This document shows, piece by piece, positions 61,603 to 64,000 of a stretch of DNA of 64,000 nt. The position numbers and the translations under genes are program-made. Within the stretch, counting starts at the first letter, position 1. The number at the start of each line of letters is the position of its first letter. The notes beneath the pieces are model-generated. The model was not told the DNA's origin. It ran no database searches and was given only the letters and a program-made list of their open reading frames with translations. The stretch covers positions 1 through 64,000 of the forward strand of contig JAUCBJ010008238.1 of NCBI GenBank assembly GCA_032718475.1, in the 5' to 3' direction. The DNA is from Nemertoderma westbladi (Eukaryota; Animalia; Xenacoelomorpha).

Positions 61603-64000
61603 TGTTCGCGCTTTCAGACCTTTGGCAGTTTAACCCGCCAAATTAGAATGTCTTCTAGATAATAAATCGCTTTTTAGCCTATGACAAGTATTTGATTCAC
61701 TACACTAGTCGAAACCAATCCGTGCGCGACCATTCACCCGCTGGATATTCCCGGGAGATTGGGTTCGACGGTTTAATTTTATTGCTATGTAAGCCTAATG
61801 TATTATTCGACTGACAGTATTATATAATCTCTGACAATATTATTCACCTTCAGGAATATTAACAGTTCCTTTAGGACGTGGCGCTTTATCTATATAAACA
61901 GAGTTATGACTTAAACTACTCACAACGATATGGCTTAATTATAATTCACATATATGGCGCATTCTTTAGGAATGCTTCTTTAACAGACTCACTCATACAC
62001 AATGCCGCACAATACTGCACACTAATCTGCCGATCTTCACTGATTTTAGTCACATATAAAAGGAACACAGACTGACTCATGTAGGGTCTATCAAATAACA
62101 TTAGATTCACTTCAAACCACTTTAACATAAGTCACAATCGTTTATCTGTAACCTTTCTCTCTTACCTTCGGTATATCAAGAATATTGGGTTTCGGGGTTA
62201 TTTCTCGTTATTCCAATATAATGATTCATCAACCATATTATGAAGAACTGACAGTATAATAGCAGTATAAAACAACAACTGAACACTGATTGTTATGAGT
62301 TTGCAATGTTTCAGCAGTCAGTATGTATGATCAGTTAGCAGTGATTCCATGAGTCAGGTAGTTAAAGGATATATGCCCTTTATAATTAAACCTACTAGTG
62401 TAAGACTAAAAACTGAAAACACGGAGGTGCCAAAGCCGGTTCTTAGGCTCTGGGCAAAAAACATAACACTGAACTACTGAGTTTCTGTATATACCTCCAA
62501 CACAAAGACAACAAACGCTCTGATTGGTCAACCTGAACAACGAGAGAACAGAGAAACAAAGAAACGTCGACGTGGCAATATCAGCTGCTAGCTGTCGTCA
62601 TGGTAGCGACACTGTTTTCAAGAGTATCGAGCTTTTACGTCACGGAATTACGGATTATGTCCTCTAAAGTACAAATACAGAAGAAATAGCTCTTATGTCC
62701 GCTAAAACACCAGTACAGCAAGGACACGGCCTTTTTATGCCTGGTAAACCAACTACAGAGTACTTTACGGGAAAAATAAGGAAAAATAACCGGACAATTC
62801 AGTAAAAGCTTTTACACCGCTCCCAGAAAATGGGATTTTCAGTCTATAAAATATAAAAATCACAGTTTCTAAAACATAAAGATACTCTAAACAGTTAGTC
62901 TTTCTTACGCAGATGGCGTTTACGCAGTTTTTTGAGGCTAGCAAGAGTCTTTTTCTCTTTGGGGGGAGCCACTTTACTAGGAGGGCCATAACTCCTGGGT
63001 GAAGGGTGCAATATGATTGCATCAGAAGGTGTAGGATTGTGGTCGGGGTATCCGCCGTTTCGATATGCTTCTCCTCGAGCTGATTTTCCTCCGCTCGTAG
63101 CTGGATACGTTCATCCAAAAACTCTCGCAGAGAATGGGGTTGTCTAAGTGCGATATCTTCTTAGAGATTCTGGATTTCACAATCGAACTGAGATAAAGAC
63201 AATTCGTTTATCGATTGGACTTACTGTTATAACTTACATTTATCTGAACAAACGCAGGTTTCTTTTTTGATCTTTATAGAATAGCGTTTAACTCGTTTCG
63301 TACAACGCTCTCCTTCACTTTGATGAAGGGTTGTATCGCGTTAAACGGGACGACCATACGGTTGGATAATGATATTAGGTGTCTGCGTCATAATCCAGCT
63401 AGGTAAGATGGGCGGCTAGCTAGAAATCACTGTCGGAGTGTTACCGATTAATTGTTAGGGTAGCACTAGATCTTTGAACAGTGAATACAGTCCGCGAGGA
63501 TCCGCGACACCACCAGGATCGCAGGTCTGAGGTCCAACTAAGGAATGAGGAGGTTTGACTGAGTATTCCGGGACTCTGATCGTAGGTTTACTCCAGGATC
63601 GTTCGAGCCGAGTGAGCATAGGTGATACGTCAACAAGTTTCGGTTTACATGGATGTTTATGTCTTTCCGTTTATTATTTGGGTCTAGGGCGTTTATCGTA
63701 ATAATACCAAAGACGCACGTCTGGTAGGGTAAACGCGGGTGACATTTATTTGTTGTTACAATGCTTCTATCAAGAATTCCAAATATACTTTGGAGTTACC
63801 GCGTCCATTTGTTTCTTTAGTGTCTTTTCTTTCGAGCCGATTTCGAATAGAATTTTCGCATTCGAATTTCAGTTTATGGTTCCGACTCCGCTGGGCAGGA
63901 TATATAGTCGACATAGTCCGTATTGTGTAAATCGATAGGATGACCAGTAGTTAAGAAGACCATATACGTACCATTATGCTGCGTATATAGAGCAGCGAAT
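61603..64000 (-). mobile_element. Second member of the long-LTR Bel/Pao family: 3' LTR (61603-62816) plus 3' internal region, runs off the window
   Basis: Aligns with 34932-37416; same TG...CA termini and PPT; central LTR segment diverged; left flank ACCAA is the predicted TSD. Confidence 0.92.

Overview
AT-rich invertebrate (metazoan) nuclear DNA; no prokaryotic features. The left 29 kb holds three host genes: a 3-exon GILT/IFI30-like thiol reductase (minus, 694-13495), a 4-exon Cys-type GPx7-like peroxidase (plus, 19929-24387) and a ZIP-family zinc transporter with an uninterrupted CDS (minus, 28122-29204), plus several minisatellites. The ~11.9-kb second intron of GILT is almost entirely a satellite built from the last 42 nt of exon 2 plus the GT donor. 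The right 35 kb is a nested transposon pile whose insertion order can be read from target-site duplications (TSDs): a decayed DD35D pogo/Fot-like transposon; a CRE-like RLE retrotransposon with a repeat inside its RT; a LINE (34539-50858) carrying a young 11.9-kb Bel/Pao element and a short RTE-like insert; an apparently intact L2/CR1-type LINE; Gypsy and LINE fragments; and a second copy of the Bel/Pao family nested in another Bel/Pao integrase. Best leads: (1) the Bel/Pao element keeps only gag-pro, has no tRNA-type PBS, and instead has a 12-nt perfect complement to its own LTR at that position (possible Tf1-like self-priming); (2) the splice-donor satellite intron; (3) two same-length RTE-derived inserts; (4) an excess of TA-x-TA palindromes that look like excision footprints. 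All alignments and counts were done by eye.
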